Assembly: GCA_963813715.1 (NCBI GenBank)
Contig: CAWFAK010000005.1
Span: 704,001 to 768,000, forward strand
DNA from: an uncultured Planctomycetaceae bacterium
Lineage (GTDB): Bacteria > Planctomycetota > Planctomycetia > Planctomycetales > Planctomycetaceae
Length of the DNA stretch: 64,000 nucleotides
Reading direction: 5' to 3'
The position numbers were made by a program, and so were the translations under genes. Shown here piece by piece: positions 51,370 through 64,000 of the stretch; positions within the stretch are counted from its first letter, which is position 1; each line of letters opens with the position of its first letter. The notes below the pieces were generated by a model that was not told the DNA's origin, did no database searches, and saw nothing but the letters and a program-made list of their open reading frames with translations.

Positions 51370-51903
51370 ATGGTGTCGAAAGCCCAACTCGACCACGCCC
51401 GCCGGCTGCAAGCGGCCAGCGGCTATCTCGACCTGGAAATGCCCGACCACGCCCTGCGGGCGCTGGCCGGCATTGCCCACCCGGAGACCACGCCGTTCGA
51501 GTTTCATCTGCTTCGCGGCATGGCGCTGCGCTGTGCGGGCCGATTCGCGGAGGCGCTCGTCGCCCTGACGCATGCCCGGGAAGAACGTCCGGACGATCTA
51601 GACGTGCTGATGGGAATGGCCTGGTGTTTCAAGCGGACCGAACAGCTGCCGCGAGCCATCACCACGATGGAAGAGGCGTACCGGGCGCATCCGAAAGTTC
51701 CGGTCGTGCTCTACAATATCGCCTGCTACTATTCCCTGGCCGGCGACAAAGTGCAGGCCCTGTCGTGGCTGGGTCGAGCGCTGCGGATGAACGCCGATCT
51801 ACGAAAGCTGATCGACGACGAGTCCGATTTCGATTCGCTCCGTCAGGATCCCGACTTTCAGTACATCACGAAGCTGGAGCTCTTGACCGACCGGCCCGAA
51901 TAG
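51370..51903 (+). CDS. tetratricopeptide repeat protein
   Basis: AASGYLDLEM...GMAWCFKR...LYNIACYYSL...DESDFDSLR. Start 51370 preferred because TATAAT overlaps the ATG at 51325. Confidence 0.85.
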   Translation: MVSKAQLDHARRLQAASGYLDLEMPDHALRALAGIAHPETTPFEFHLLRGMALRCAGRFAEALVALTHAREERPDDLDVLMGMAWCFKRTEQLPRAITTMEEAYRAHPKVPVVLYNIACYYSLAGDKVQALSWLGRALRMNADLRKLIDDESDFDSLRQDPDFQYITKLELLTDRPE

Positions 51904-51953
51904 TCGGGCCCGAGCGCCTCCAGCCTCCCGACACGGATGCCCCGAGACGATCG

Positions 51954-52747
51954 ATGCTTGACGAACCGCAGCAGGACGCACCGCCGATCACCGAACTCAG
52001 CAAGGGGCAGCGCCGTGTCCTGGGAACGCTCTTGGAAAAAGCCTTCACGACGCCCGAGGCCTACCCGCTCACCGTCAAGGCCCTGACATCGGGCTGCAAT
52101 CAGAAGAGCAACCGCCATCCGCTGACGGAGTACTCGGAAGACGACGTGCTCGAGGTGCTGGACCAGTTGCGGGAACTGGGGCTCGTGGCCGTGGTCCACA
52201 CCGAGACGGGTCGCACGGAGCGCTTCCGCCACTACATGCGGAAGCGGTTTACGCTGTCCGAGCCGCAATTGGCCGTATTGACGGAGCTGCTTCTCCGCGG
52301 GCGGCAAAGCGTCGGAGACTTGCGAGCCCGTGCCAGCCGGATGGTGTCCATCGAAAGTCTCGACGACCTCCGCGAGGCGCTGCGGGGACTGATGGAGCAA
52401 AAATTCGTTCAGGCCGACGGCGATCTGCAGCGTCGCGGCGTGGAGGTCGATCACAACTTCTACGCCCCCTCCGAGAACAAGAAGCTCGCCTGGAACGCCG
52501 GGCTCGACGAGGATGACGGCCGTCGGACGGAGACGACTGCGCCGATGCGCACGCCGGGCCGAGTTCCCTGGCGTCCGCGTCGCCTCCCAACGCAGCGCGT
52601 GCGACCGAGCGGCAGCCGGACTTTGCGGCCGTCTCCCAGCTCCGTGAGGAGAACGCCGAGCTGCGCAGCCGGGTCGACTCGCTCGAGAGCGAAGTGACCC
52701 GCCTCAAAGGTCTCGTCGACGACCTGGTCCGCGACCTGCGGGGCTAA
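51954..52747 (+). CDS. DUF480/YceH family protein (indel at about 52550)
   Basis: RRVLGTLLEKAFTTPEAYPLT...CNQKSNR.P and ELLLRGRQSVGDLRARASRM; coiled-coil tail in the shifted frame to TAA at 52745-52747. Confidence 0.88.
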
Positions 52748-53017
52748 GCTGGCAGTCGGGGCCACCGACGCACCACCGCGACTTACGGTCCTGTCGGTTG
52801 TGCCGAAGAAACCGCTGCTGTCGTGAGATCTCTGCCGGAGCGAGCGAATTTCCCGTCACCCGCCGGCTGCACTCCGGCATCTGGAACCTATAAAAATGGC
52901 GTCGGGACCTGGCCGGATCTTTCGGCCACAGGTCCAAAGCTGTCCAGGCCCGCCTCTCAGATTCATGCCCGGCTTCGATCGACGCCGTTCGATCGACAAC
53001 CCCACGATCAAGCCACC

Positions 53018-53290
53018 ATGCCGCAAACTTCCGCGCTCGAAATCGCCCAAATGCACGACCTGAGCCGCGCGCACGATTCGCGCCCGCGACTGCATGCCGA
53101 GGTACACCGCGCCTTGGCCAAGAACCCCTACTTCGCCGGCCGCACGCTCGCCGTCGAGCTGCGTGAGAACGAAGTGGTGCTCTCAGGCGAGCTGGGATCG
53201 TACTTCCACAAGCAGATGGCGCAGGAATCGGTTCTCTCGGTGCACGGCGTCGCCCGCGTGCATAACCAGATTCGCGTCGTCAACGCCTGA
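53018..53290 (+). CDS. BON domain protein
   Basis: VVLSGELGSYFHKQMAQESV..VHGVARVHNQIRV. Confidence 0.85.
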   Translation: MPQTSALEIAQMHDLSRAHDSRPRLHAEVHRALAKNPYFAGRTLAVELRENEVVLSGELGSYFHKQMAQESVLSVHGVARVHNQIRVVNA

Positions 53291-53297
53291 GCGTTCG

Positions 53298-55711
53298 TCA
53301 CGACCCGGGATGAATCGCCGGACCGTTGTCGCCGGGCGGATTTCCTGAGGCCGGGCTTTGCCACGTCGGCAGGTCCGACCAACTCGTCGCCGCTGCCGGT
53401 GGTGCCGACTGCGTCGGCTTCGCGGCCGCAGGCTTCTTGTCGGCGCTCGTAGTGTCATCCGGTGCAAAAAGGGGCGGCGGATCACGACGGGGCTGGATTC
53501 GCAGCGACCACGGATCGCTGGCGGCCGCCGACGAATCGCCGGCCGCCGCGTTTGCCGACGCCTGCTGATTGCGCGGCAGAGGTTGAATCGATGGCTTCGC
53601 CGCGATGGCCGCGTTGGACGTGCTCTTTCCCGGCGTGACGTTTCGCCGATTGTTCTGGAGGTCGGACTCGAACTCGTCAAGCGCGTCGGCGGTGCGCAGA
53701 GCCTGCGACGGTTCGGCCGTACGAGCAGTCGGGACCACGGAGATCGGCACAATCCGCGGCGACGGGTTGTTTTGCCAATCGAACGAGCTGGTCGTCGCGG
53801 CCGAGCCGGACGGCGAGCGATCGGCGGTATTGGGGCCGCCCGTTCCTGGCCATTGAGGAGTCGGATCGGGGTCGCGATCCCAGCCCTTGGGATCTGCAGC
53901 CGCCGGACGCGGCAGCGTCGAACCGCTCGAAATCGTGATTCCGCCTGTCGAGCTTTGGTTTTCTTCGGTCAGGCTGGCGGCGGTCCAGCTGGGCCCGGCA
54001 GGCCGTACGGGCGAAGGGCTGTTGGCGTTCGCCGAGGGCACGTTCGGATCCGGAGTCGGGGTCAGGGTTGTCGGCATGGCGGACGTGCCGCTACGCGCCG
54101 CATCCCATTCATCTGCGCCATTCGGGGCGCTCGCTGTGCGAGCCGACGCCGTCGCGCCTGGATTTTGGGACGCGGTAGCGGTTGACGATCCACCGTCCGC
54201 CGACGGCGTTGCAACCGTCGGAAACGGTGGCGACGTCGCATTCTCGACGGGCAGGGGGCGCCGCGGCGAGGGGGCGACCGGGACAGCGTCCTCTCCCGGA
54301 CCCAGGCCGGTCCGCGACGGGGCGGTTGGCTGATCCCAGGGCGAGTTGGTGGCCGTCGGCGTTGCCAGGGGCGTGGAAGTGGGGCGAGGCGGCGCGGTGA
54401 CGGTCTCTGCGGATGACGGCGAACCGGTCGACCCGTCCGTCCCCTCGCGATCGATGGCGGAGAATGCATCGTTGATGCGGTCGTCGGGCACGCGATCGGT
54501 CGGAATCGGACGCGGGGCGACGGCCGCTGCGAATCCGGAATTGGGGACACTCGATACGGACGTGGGCGGCGGTTCGGGTCGCATGGCCGCGGGTGCCGGC
54601 GGATCGCTCCAGTGCGTGACCCCCTGCGATTGGCGGCGATGTTCGATTGCGGGGCGACGGCCGGTTGCGCGACAGGAGCCGCCGGGACCGCGGGAGTCGT
54701 GGGCAAGACAATCGCCCGCCGCTGGGTCCGCTCTTCCAAGGCGCGTTGACGTTCCCGCTCCATCAGGTCGGCTAACTGCTTCTCCAAGGGCGTTTGCGCG
54801 GAAGGCGTAACCGGTTCTGCGGTGCGCGGCGGCAGACTGGCGGCTGGCACTGCGTCGGTCGGAACGATGCTGACGGTCGACGGCGCCGGTTGCTGATCGT
54901 TCGTGTCGGCGATCTTGTGTGCCGGCGCGGCCGCGGCACTGGCTTGGTCCGCCGTCTCGTGTGACTGGAACGGAGTGAATGAGGCGGTGAACGTTTCATC
55001 CTCGGGCGAAGCCCCGCGGTTCGGCGGGAAGAGCTGAGCAAAACGGGTGCGCGCCGCACTCTCGCCGAGCGAACGTTTGAGCACCTCGAACGTTCGTTCG
55101 CCATCGCCCAGCTTGGCGTAAAGCAGGCTCAGATTGTCCAACGCCATCTGGTGCAAAGGATTGGCCCGCACGGCCGCTTGCAGGCATCGCTCGCTCTCTC
55201 GCGTGCGTCCTTGCAAGAAGTACGAGTAGCCCAGATCGCTCAGCAGGTCGGCATTGTTCGGCTCGCGGCTGAGCGCTTTGAGATAGCACCGCTCGGAGAC
55301 CGCGAAGTCGCTGCGACGATCGGCCAGGATCGCCAGGCGATGGTTCGCCAGGGGGTTGTCCGGGTCGAGATCGAGGGCTTTGCGATAGTAGGCTTCGGCC
55401 TCCGCGTCGTGATTCAAAGCGGCCTCCCGATGGCCGCTGTTCAGGTTCTCGGCAATGGCCGACTCGTTGATCGGTCGAGCCTGGGCCAGCGCGTCGGCGC
55501 CCGGCGCAGCGGACGAGTCGTGAGCGGCGGGATGCGCGGGAGGCGGCCCATTATCGACGATGGGCTCACCGCTGCTGTAAGTGCTGGTGCTGCCGTCGAG
55601 ACGATCCAATTGCGTGCTCTGACAGCCGCACGCGATCAGCCACGCAATGCCGACGCACACGAGGGCCGCGGCGCGCCGCTGTCGTCGCTGCATTTTTTTC
55701 GGCAAACGCAT
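53298..55711 (-). CDS. TPR-containing lipoprotein with long Pro/Ala/Ser/Thr-rich tail (indel at about 54615)
   Basis: Lipobox-like LIACGC; TPR motifs AEAYYRKAL, ANHRLAILAD, LLSDLGYSYFLQG and DNLSLLY; tail in ORF 53298..54584. Confidence 0.75.
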
Positions 55712-56105
55712 GCAAGCACCGCCCGACAGTCCGCACAAGTCGCTGCGCACGGCGGCCGCGCGCAGATCGACGCGCGTGGTCGACGCATTTCAGTCAGAAC
55801 CCGGCGACCGCTTACGCGATCGGCGTGCAACGTAGCTTGTGGTGAAAGTTGAGTAGGGGATCGAAAGGCAGGGATGAGAGGGGGCGGGGACTATAGGCGA
55901 TCTTCCAAAACGTGTCGAGATGGGCTGCAGCAGGCCGCAAACGGGCGAAAAACGTGGCGAAATCGGCGGACGAAGGCAGCCTCGGCCGCACCCAAGGTGC
56001 TTGCGACCGGGCCGCGTTTTGCGCATTCTCGGAGCACGACTCGTTCGGAAGGACCTGCCCGAGATGGCTCAACTCTTACGCTGTTCTCTGCTGCGGAGTG
56101 GACAA

Positions 56106-57031
56106 ATGCTTCGATCGTGCGCCTCGATCATGGTTGCGTTCTGTGTTTGTGCGACGGCCCTGCAATCGGTGTCCAGCGTCGCGCTTGGGCAGGCCGCTAG
56201 CCCGCCGGCCGATGCCACCGCCTTGGCCCGGCAGATTCTCGACGACAGCCGCCCCGAGGCCGAGCGTAAGCAGATCATCCTCGACCACCCGCAGCTCTCG
56301 CTCGCACTGCTGAAGGCCCTGGTGGCGGACATGCCCGCGGTCGACTCGAAGGAGGAATACCGCCGCATCCCCTGGATCTGGCGGGTGACGGTGGCGGCCG
56401 GCAAGCGCAATCAGGTCGAAGAGATGAAGCCGATTGTCGACTTTTGCGTGCCCGCGCTGAACGAACCTCTCCGCGATTGGCAGGCGGTCGTGCTGGGGGG
56501 CGGCGATCATCAATGGCATCGGCCTGAGCGGCGGCTGGCCCGACGAGCAGATTCGGACAATGGTCGCCGGCAACTCCGACTTGAGCCAGCGCTGGGCGCG
56601 GCTGCTCGACCGAGGCGGCCGTCATGGCCGACAATCCGCAGGTGTTCAAAGGAACGCGGTACGACGCTCTGCGGATCATCGGTCTCGATACTTGGGACCA
56701 TTGCGGGGCCCAACTCTTCCGCTACAACCTCGTCGGCGTCGACGACGAACTGCAGCAGGGAGCGATCGGCGGACTGTCCGACATGCGCTCGCCGTGCGTG
56801 GCCCAGGCGCTGGTCTCCGGGTTTTCCCACTACGAGCCAGAGAACCGCGGCTTCGCCCTGCGAGCCCTGATGCGGGACCATGACCGCACGCTGGTGCTGC
56901 TCGAGGCGATCGACGCAGGCACGGTCAAACCGGCCGACCTGGGGGCGGAGCGGATCACCCGACTCGTCAACCATCCCGATCCGACCATTCGCAAGCCCGC
57001 CCGGCAGTTCCTGGTCGGCAGCGATCACTAG
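56106..57031 (+). CDS. secreted hypothetical protein with helical repeats (indels at about 56500 and 56615)
   Basis: Signal-like N-terminus; EEYRRIPWIWRV..AAGKRN, WQAVVLGGG, GTRYDALR and ELQQGAIGGLSD across frames. Confidence 0.7.
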
Positions 57032-57086
57032 GAAGGGGTCAGGCCGCGCGAACTTCGGTTTCGGCCCGCGTGTCGAAATCGACAAT

Positions 57087-57114
57087 TTGACCCGGCAAAT
57101 TCGCATGTTAAAAT
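57087..57114 (+). promoter_or_regulatory. sigma70 promoter with extended -10
   Basis: TTGACC, 16 nt spacer ending in TGT, TAAAAT; upstream of the GNAT gene. Confidence 0.55.
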
Positions 57115-57200
57115 CTTGTGAGCATCGCCTCGTCCGACGGACAGGCATGCGCGAGTCGCTTCCCACGGCCCGACTTGGCAATCGCCGCGCCAGGACGTCT

Positions 57201-57762
57201 ATGAGCTACATTCGGCGCTTCCGGATGGACATCGACCTGGTTTCCGCGCCTGCCGCAGCCCGTCCTGCCGGACGGTTACCGCTGGCTCGCCTGGGATTCG
57301 CTGCTGGTCAACCGGCACGCGAGCGTCAAGTATTACAGCTTTCGCGACGAAATCGATTCGCGCGTCTTTCCCTGCCTGGGCGATTTTTCCGGCTGCAAGC
57401 GACTGATGCAGGAGATCGTGCGGCAGGATACGTTCCTCGCCGATGCGACCTGGCTCATCACGTGCGACAACGTGGGTTTCGGCGAAGTGGCCGACTGCGG
57501 CACCATTCAGGGCCTGGGACACTCCCGCAGCCTGGGGGCCGTGCAGAACGTCGGCGTCGTGCCGCAACATCGGGGACTGGGCTTGGGTCGGGCCCTCGTG
57601 CTGAAGGCGCTGCACGGCTTTCGCAGCGCCGGGCTGGAGCGGGTGTATCTCGAAGTTACGGGCGAGAACACGCCGGCCGTCGATCTCTATCGCTCGATCG
57701 GTTTTTCGCTCGTCCGGACGATGTACAAGGCGCTCGAGCGCGAGACGGTCGAGAATTACTAA
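57201..57762 (+). CDS. GNAT family N-acetyltransferase (indel at about 57250)
   Basis: MSYIRRFRMDIDL...SFRDEIDSRVFPCL...QNVGVVPQHRGLGLG...LEVTGEN.PAVDLYRSIGF. Confidence 0.88.
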
Positions 57763-57795
57763 TCGCGCGGCGTTTCCGCCTGCGAGTCGTGCGGT

Positions 57796-58620
57796 CTAGT
57801 GCCCGACTTGCTCTTTGTGCGCGGCGGCCGCCAGCTCTTTCGTGAATCGAGTCAGTTCGTCCAGCACCGTCGCGCGGGACGCGCCGCCGGCACTCAAGCG
57901 GCCGACGTGCCGGACGATGGCTGAGCCCACGATCACGCCGTCGGCCAGACCGCGCAGCGAATCGATCTGCTCCGCGCGGCCGATGCCGAAGCCGACGGCC
58001 AGCGGCAGCTTGGTCTTCTTCCGCAGCGTCTCCAGTTCCGTCTGCAGCTCATGCGGCAGTGCCTCGCGGACACCCGTCGTCCCGGCCACCGCGATGCAAT
58101 ACACAAAGCCGCTCGACGATTTGAGAATCCGCTCGACGCGGTCGGGAGTCGTCGTTGGGGCGACGAGCTGGATCAGATCGAGCTCGTGCGCCTGAGCGAT
58201 CGCGAACAACTCGGCCGCCTGATCGCCCGGCAGATCGGGGACGATCAATCCGGAGAATCCGGCCTGCCGCGCCGCGGCCGCGAACTTCTGCGGGCCGGCC
58301 CGGTAAACAATCGCGTAAGCCACCATCGCCAAGAGCGGCGGAAGCTTTTCACCTTTGAGTGCGGCCAGCCCGGCAAAGATATCCTGCAGGCGGACTTTCT
58401 TGCCGAGGGCCCGCGTGTAGGCCTCTTGGATGACCGGTCCGTCGGCAATCGGGTCGCTGTAGGGAAAGCCGATTTCGATCAGATCGACGCCGCAGCCCGC
58501 CAGCAGGCGGATCAGCTCGACGGTGGTGGAAATGTCGGGATCGCCCGCGGCCAGAAACGGCATGAAGGCCGTCTGCCCCCGCGATTGAAGCGAGGCAAAA
58601 ACTTCGTCAATGCGGCTCAT
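57796..58620 (-). CDS. trpA: tryptophan synthase alpha chain
   Basis: AGDPD, IEIGFPYSDPIADGPVIQ, VPDLP, LVAPTT, GTTG, VGFGI and DGVIVGSA. Confidence 0.96.
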   Translation of the reverse strand: MSRIDEVFASLQSRGQTAFMPFLAAGDPDISTTVELIRLLAGCGVDLIEIGFPYSDPIADGPVIQEAYTRALGKKVRLQDIFAGLAALKGEKLPPLLAMVAYAIVYRAGPQKFAAAARQAGFSGLIVPDLPGDQAAELFAIAQAHELDLIQLVAPTTTPDRVERILKSSSGFVYCIAVAGTTGVREALPHELQTELETLRKKTKLPLAVGFGIGRAEQIDSLRGLADGVIVGSAIVRHVGRLSAGGASRATVLDELTRFTKELAAAAHKEQVGH

Positions 58621-58636
58621 GCCTGAACGCTGCGAT

Positions 58637-59864
<1,228 letters not shown>

Positions 59865-60019
59865 GGAGGGCAAGTCCTTGGAGAGCGTCACGAAGTCGAG
59901 AACTCGATTCTAGGGTGCGTGAGCCAGGACCGCCAAGACAGGGGACTGGTTCAGTCCCCTCAGCGGCTCACCTGAGTCGCCCGAGTCACCGATCCAGCCC
60001 TCTCGGCGCGAGCCCTCGC

Positions 60020-60694
60020 TCATCGCGAGCCAAAGTAGAACAGCACCAGCCCCAGGCTGAAATCTTCGAGGCGGGCCGTGTCGAACCCGCCGACCGAGGT
60101 CAAGCCGGCCAGCTGCAATCCGACGGTCAGCAGGACGATGACCAACGTCAGGCCGGCCTTCAGGTCGACCCACCAGCCGGGGGCCACGGTCTGTCGGTTG
60201 CGGGCGAGCCAGCCCAGTGCGGCTTTCGCCAGGGTACCCAGCAGGTACGCGCCGACGGAGACCAGGAGCGGCAGCGAGTGCGCCTCGAACAGCCGACTCT
60301 CGCGGTACAGGTAGACCCCCAGCCCGGCGAAGGCGGCGATGATCAGCACGCGGACGCTGTGCTTGGGCAGGTAGAGCGGATGCGATTCGCGCTCGATCTC
60401 TCCCAACTCTTCCAAGCGCGAGCGCAGCTCTTTCGACAGCGGCACCATCCGCCGCGACGTGAAGTAGTGGGCCAGCATGATCATCAGCGATTCCTGCCAG
60501 ACCACGGCCACGCCGGCGCCGTGGGCCGTCTGCGTCACGACGAACGCGACCACGATCAAGCACAACAGTGCGCGAACACTGCCCGGCGGCAGTCCGAGCG
60601 GAGGTCGTTCGCGAACCAGCGCGACTCGGTTGGCCTGAGCCGGCAGCAGCAGATTGTTGCGCGGACTCACCGACGGAACGGCAAGCGGTGACAT
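60020..60694 (-). CDS. hypothetical multi-pass membrane protein with internal duplication
   Basis: SD GAGGAG; PPLGLPPGSVRALL and HPLYLPKHSVRVLI each precede TM helices. Confidence 0.75.
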   Translation of the reverse strand: MSPLAVPSVSPRNNLLLPAQANRVALVRERPPLGLPPGSVRALLCLIVVAFVVTQTAHGAGVAVVWQESLMIMLAHYFTSRRMVPLSKELRSRLEELGEIERESHPLYLPKHSVRVLIIAAFAGLGVYLYRESRLFEAHSLPLLVSVGAYLLGTLAKAALGWLARNRQTVAPGWWVDLKAGLTLVIVLLTVGLQLAGLTSVGGFDTARLEDFSLGLVLFYFGSR

Positions 60695-60813
60695 TTGCGG
60701 CTCCTCGCCCACGAGCGGACGCTCGTGGCGCAGAGAGAACGCAAAAAACCACCGCGCGGATCTTCGCGAAAGAGGGCTCTGCCGAAGTTGGGCTGCCGAC
60801 AAATGTTAGACCG

Positions 60814-61675
60814 TCACGCGTAGGACGGCGCCAAGACGGGCTGACGCGTCACACGGCCGATCAGCCCAAGTGAAAAAACGATGAACATCTGGGCCGGCCC
60901 GTAGGTCAGCCAAACGGCGTGCGTCGCGTGGGGGAAATCGCCACGAAACATGCCGAAGGCCAGGATCAGGTCGCTGGCGAGAAAGAGAATTCCGCCCACC
61001 GCTAGCGCGATGAAGCGGCGATCCGCCAGCGCCAGGCTGCTTGCCAGCCCGGTGAGTCCGGCCAACAGCAGCGAATAGGGTAGGGCCGCCCAGACCAGCA
61101 AGTCCAGGTCCGTTCCGTGCGCCGCGGAACACGACCAGGTACCAGCCGACCAGTGCGAAGAGTTGCCAAAAAATGACCGGTCCCCAGAACTGCACCCGGG
61201 AGCGAAAGCGGAGCCGCCCGGCCACCCGCAGGCAGCCCGTGATGTAGCAGATGTGGCCCAGCGCGAACGCGGCAATTCCCCCCAGCACCGGATCCGGGAG
61301 CGGAACAAGATCCTGGAGTGCGCCGCCGTTGAAGAAATCGCCCACGGTCCCCAGAGCGATCCCCGCCGCGAACAGCGCTACTGTCGTCGCCGCTGCCGAG
61401 CGGCTGAAGCCCAGAAACCACATCCACGCCGCTCCGACCAAAAACAGGGACGAGGCGAGGTGCGAAACGAGCAGAATGGTTTTGGGCGGCCACGCGACCG
61501 CTTCCGGATCGGAAAAACTCACCAGCGTGCCGCCGAAGAGCGCGGTCGCCCAGAGCGTCCAAAAGCCAGCCGCCAGGCGGGCCGCCGCCGTTTCGCTCAG
61601 CACGCCGCCGCGCGCATTGGCGGAGGAACGAGGGGGAATCTCCGGGTCGGCCGATGCCGGCGCGGATGCAGTCAT
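60814..61675 (-). CDS. YhhN/lysoplasmalogenase family membrane protein (indel at about 61110)
   Basis: GTVGDFF, GIAAFALGHICYI, alternative-frame GGILFLASDLILA and WLTYGPAQ. Confidence 0.85.
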
Positions 61676-61829
61676 GTCCAACCTTTAGGTCGAGTCGCTG
61701 TGTGGCGGAATTTCGCTGTGTGTCAGAATCTCGTTCAGCATACACGCGGCCGCCATCGGGCAAAACGCCTCCCAATCCCCCGGCGGTCGCTTCCCGCCAA
61801 AGGCGGCCTCGGTGTTCGCGCAACGCCGC

Positions 61830-61858
61830 TTGACGTTTTTTTTGTGGTCCCCTAATGT
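61830..61858 (+). promoter_or_regulatory. sigma70 promoter upstream of sat
   Basis: TTGACG (61830-61835), 17 nt spacer, TAATGT (61853-61858). Confidence 0.55.
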
Positions 61859-62007
61859 CTCCCGAGCAAGAGGCCGCCGGCCCGCAGCGAGCGGAGTTCG
61901 GCACGTCCCCGGGGGTGAGCCCGCGGAGAGTTTCAGTCGCCCGAGCGACCGGTCGCGTGGTCGCTTTTGCTGGGCGCTTCATTTCGCTGCAGTAGAGAAC
62001 AAGAACG

Positions 62008-63265
62008 ATGGCCGATCTGATTCCTCCGCACGGTGGCTTAACCGAGCCCGTTTGCCGCACCGTTCCCACCAACGAGATCGAAGCGTTCAAGGCTGAGGCG
62101 GCCAAGCTGCCGAAGGTGCCCGTCTCGCAGGCCGACTTGTCCACCATATTTCGCATCGCGGACGGTACGCTCAGCCCGCTCACTGGTCCGATGTCGCGCA
62201 AGGTCTACGATCGCGTGCTGGACGAATCGGTGATCGAGCACGGCGGCAAACTCTACGCCTGGACCATTCCGCTGTCGTTCCCCGTGACGAAAGAGGTCGC
62301 GGCCACGCTGGCGCCGGGGAAAAAGGTCGCGCTCACCGCGCCCGATGGCGAAGTCGTGGCGACGCTCGACGTGACCGACGTGTTCGAATGGGACAAACCC
62401 CGCTACATCAAGGGCGTGTACGGCACCGAGCGGACCGATCACCCGGGCGCCAACATGGTGCTCAACGGCGACGCCGACAAAACCCATCTGATCGGCGGCG
62501 AGCTGAAGGCCTTGCCGCAGGCGAAGAACCCGAGCTTTGGCGACGTTGTGCTGTCGCCGCGCGAAGTGCGGGCCCTCTTGGCCAAGAAAGGCTGGACGGC
62601 TGTGGTCGCCTTCCAGACGCGTAACCCGCTGCACCGGGCTCACGAGTACGCGCTCGTCTACGGACTCGAAGCGCTGATTCGCGAAGGCCAGAACGCCGGC
62701 GCCATCCTCAATCCGCTCGTCGGCGAGACCAAGGGGGACGACGTCAACGCGGCCATCCGCATGCAGACGTATCGGGCCCTGATCACCGATCGTGCTCTGG
62801 GCGACGGCGACAGCGACCAAGTCGCTCTGGAAGCCGCGGAACGAAAGCGTGCCCGACCGCGTGCTGCTGGCCGGCGTCGACATCAAGATGTTTTACGGCG
62901 GCCCGAAAGAGGCCGTGATGCACGCCATTTACCGACAGAACATGGGCATCACCAACATCGTGATCGGCCGCAAGCATGCCGACGCTCCCTACGCGGACGG
63001 CACGGCCATCTGGGGCGACTTCGACGCGCAGGAGATTTTCTCCAAGCTCAAGGGCGACCTCAAAATCAAGCCGATCAAGGTCGGCTTTGCGGCCTACTAC
63101 GATTCGATCGGCCGCGTCGACCTGACGGAACGACACCCGGACGAAAAGCCCGTGTCGATCTCCGGCAAAGAGGTTCGCGCGACTCTGATGCGGGGCGAGA
63201 TGGTCGATCCGCGAATCATGCGGCCGAGCACCTCGCGAATTCTGGCCGCTGCGATGAAGCAGTAG
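62008..63265 (+). CDS. sat: sulfate adenylyltransferase (Sat-type ATP sulfurylase; indel at about 62818)
   Basis: [44 protein letters not shown]...IGRKHA and ISGKEVR. Confidence 0.95.
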
Positions 63266-63271
63266 CTGGCA

Positions 63272-64000
63272 CTAAACGCGCAGAAAGATCTTGTTCTTTT
63301 CCAGCGTGCGAACAAAGAGCCAGATCAAGAAGAAATCCAAGCACAACGCCGTGATCACGTACCAGGCGGGCGCGTCTCTGGGGGATAAAACTCTTGACGG
63401 CCCCGCCGATGATTCCGTGCAGCAGGTAGGCCGCCAGGGCGTTGGTGCCGAACGTGCGAAAGACGCCGATGCGGATGCCGAGCATGTCGGCCAACACGTA
63501 AAAGCCGACATACACCAGCAGAGCGAATCCGCCCGCGAAGGTGACGTACGACATCGCACCGCCGCGCTGCGTCATCATCCAGTAATTCCAATAGCGGTGC
63601 ATCATGTAGGGTGGCGGATCGATGCGTGGATCGTCGGCGGGCGGCTGGACGAACGGAGGCTCGGCCAGCAAGCGTCTGCCACGTTCGGCCTTGCCAGGAC
63701 TCTCGGGGCGGGACGACCGGACTGGGGGCCAATTTGGCCTCGCGGAATTTGTGCAGCTCCGCGCGCCATCCCGCGATGTCGCGTTCGAGCCGCGCCGTTT
63801 GGCCGTCTTTCTTCAACGCCTCGAGTGCCGCGGAGAGTTTCACGACGCGCGGATCGGGGGGCTCGGCGGACAACTGCCGTTCCGCCTCGTCGATCGTTCG
63901 TGGTGCGGTCGCGCTCGCTCGAGGCGGGATCGCCGTTCGCGCGCTTGGACGTCAATTCGGCAACCTTGGCTCTCAGTTGGTCCCGCCGAATCTCGGCAAT
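63272..64000 (-). CDS. 3' part of HGSNAT/DUF5009-like membrane acyltransferase (partial, with indels)
   Basis: SYVTFAGGF...FYVLAD...[15 protein letters not shown]...[11 protein letters not shown]-terminal pattern. Confidence 0.7.

Noticed and set aside
59865..60019. trp attenuator or T-box upstream of trpB
   Set aside because: A hairpin (AGGGGACTG-GTT-CAGTCCCCT, about 59940-59960) exists, but I saw no Trp-codon leader peptide or T-box motif. It lies upstream of a plausible TTGGCG/TAGAAT promoter, so it more likely ends the previous gene's transcript.
61859..62007. SAM riboswitch in the sat leader
   Set aside because: GC-rich and possibly structured, but the conserved SAM-I core elements could not be matched. 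An Rfam cmscan would settle it.

Overview
GC-rich bacterial chromosomal DNA, most likely a planctomycete (inferred from a PVC-type heme-binding protein, a planctomycete-style J-like protein, an expanded L17 and the lack of L30). The centre (26.9-42.4 kb) is a contiguous S10-spc-alpha ribosomal protein cluster from rpsJ to rplQ, including secY, map, rpmJ and rpoA. It lacks rpmD, adk, infA and rpsD and is not preceded by the str genes. The left flank holds a thioredoxin/trypsin-like protease, a giant metallohydrolase-PVC cytochrome fusion, a PhyH dioxygenase, an MMPL transporter, a Tat-exported TIM-barrel protein, an atypical Hsp70 with a J-like/MshEN membrane partner, System II cytochrome c biogenesis genes and two SDRs. 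The right flank holds a metallopeptidase, a ThuA-like protein, a Cys/Gly-rich secreted protein, trpC, tyrS, TPR, DUF480, BON, GNAT, trpBA, a YhhN-like protein and sat. About 20 genes, including secY, rplX and rplQ, carry small indels, many in G/C runs. I read these as long-read consensus errors rather than pseudogenes and joined the genes across them. I saw no tRNA, rRNA, CRISPR array or transposase. The best candidate for an undescribed system is the lidless Hsp70 (Asp at the DnaK R167 position, degenerate linker) co-encoded with a membrane-anchored, HPD-less J-like/MshEN protein. All family assignments come from recognising motifs by eye, not from database searches.
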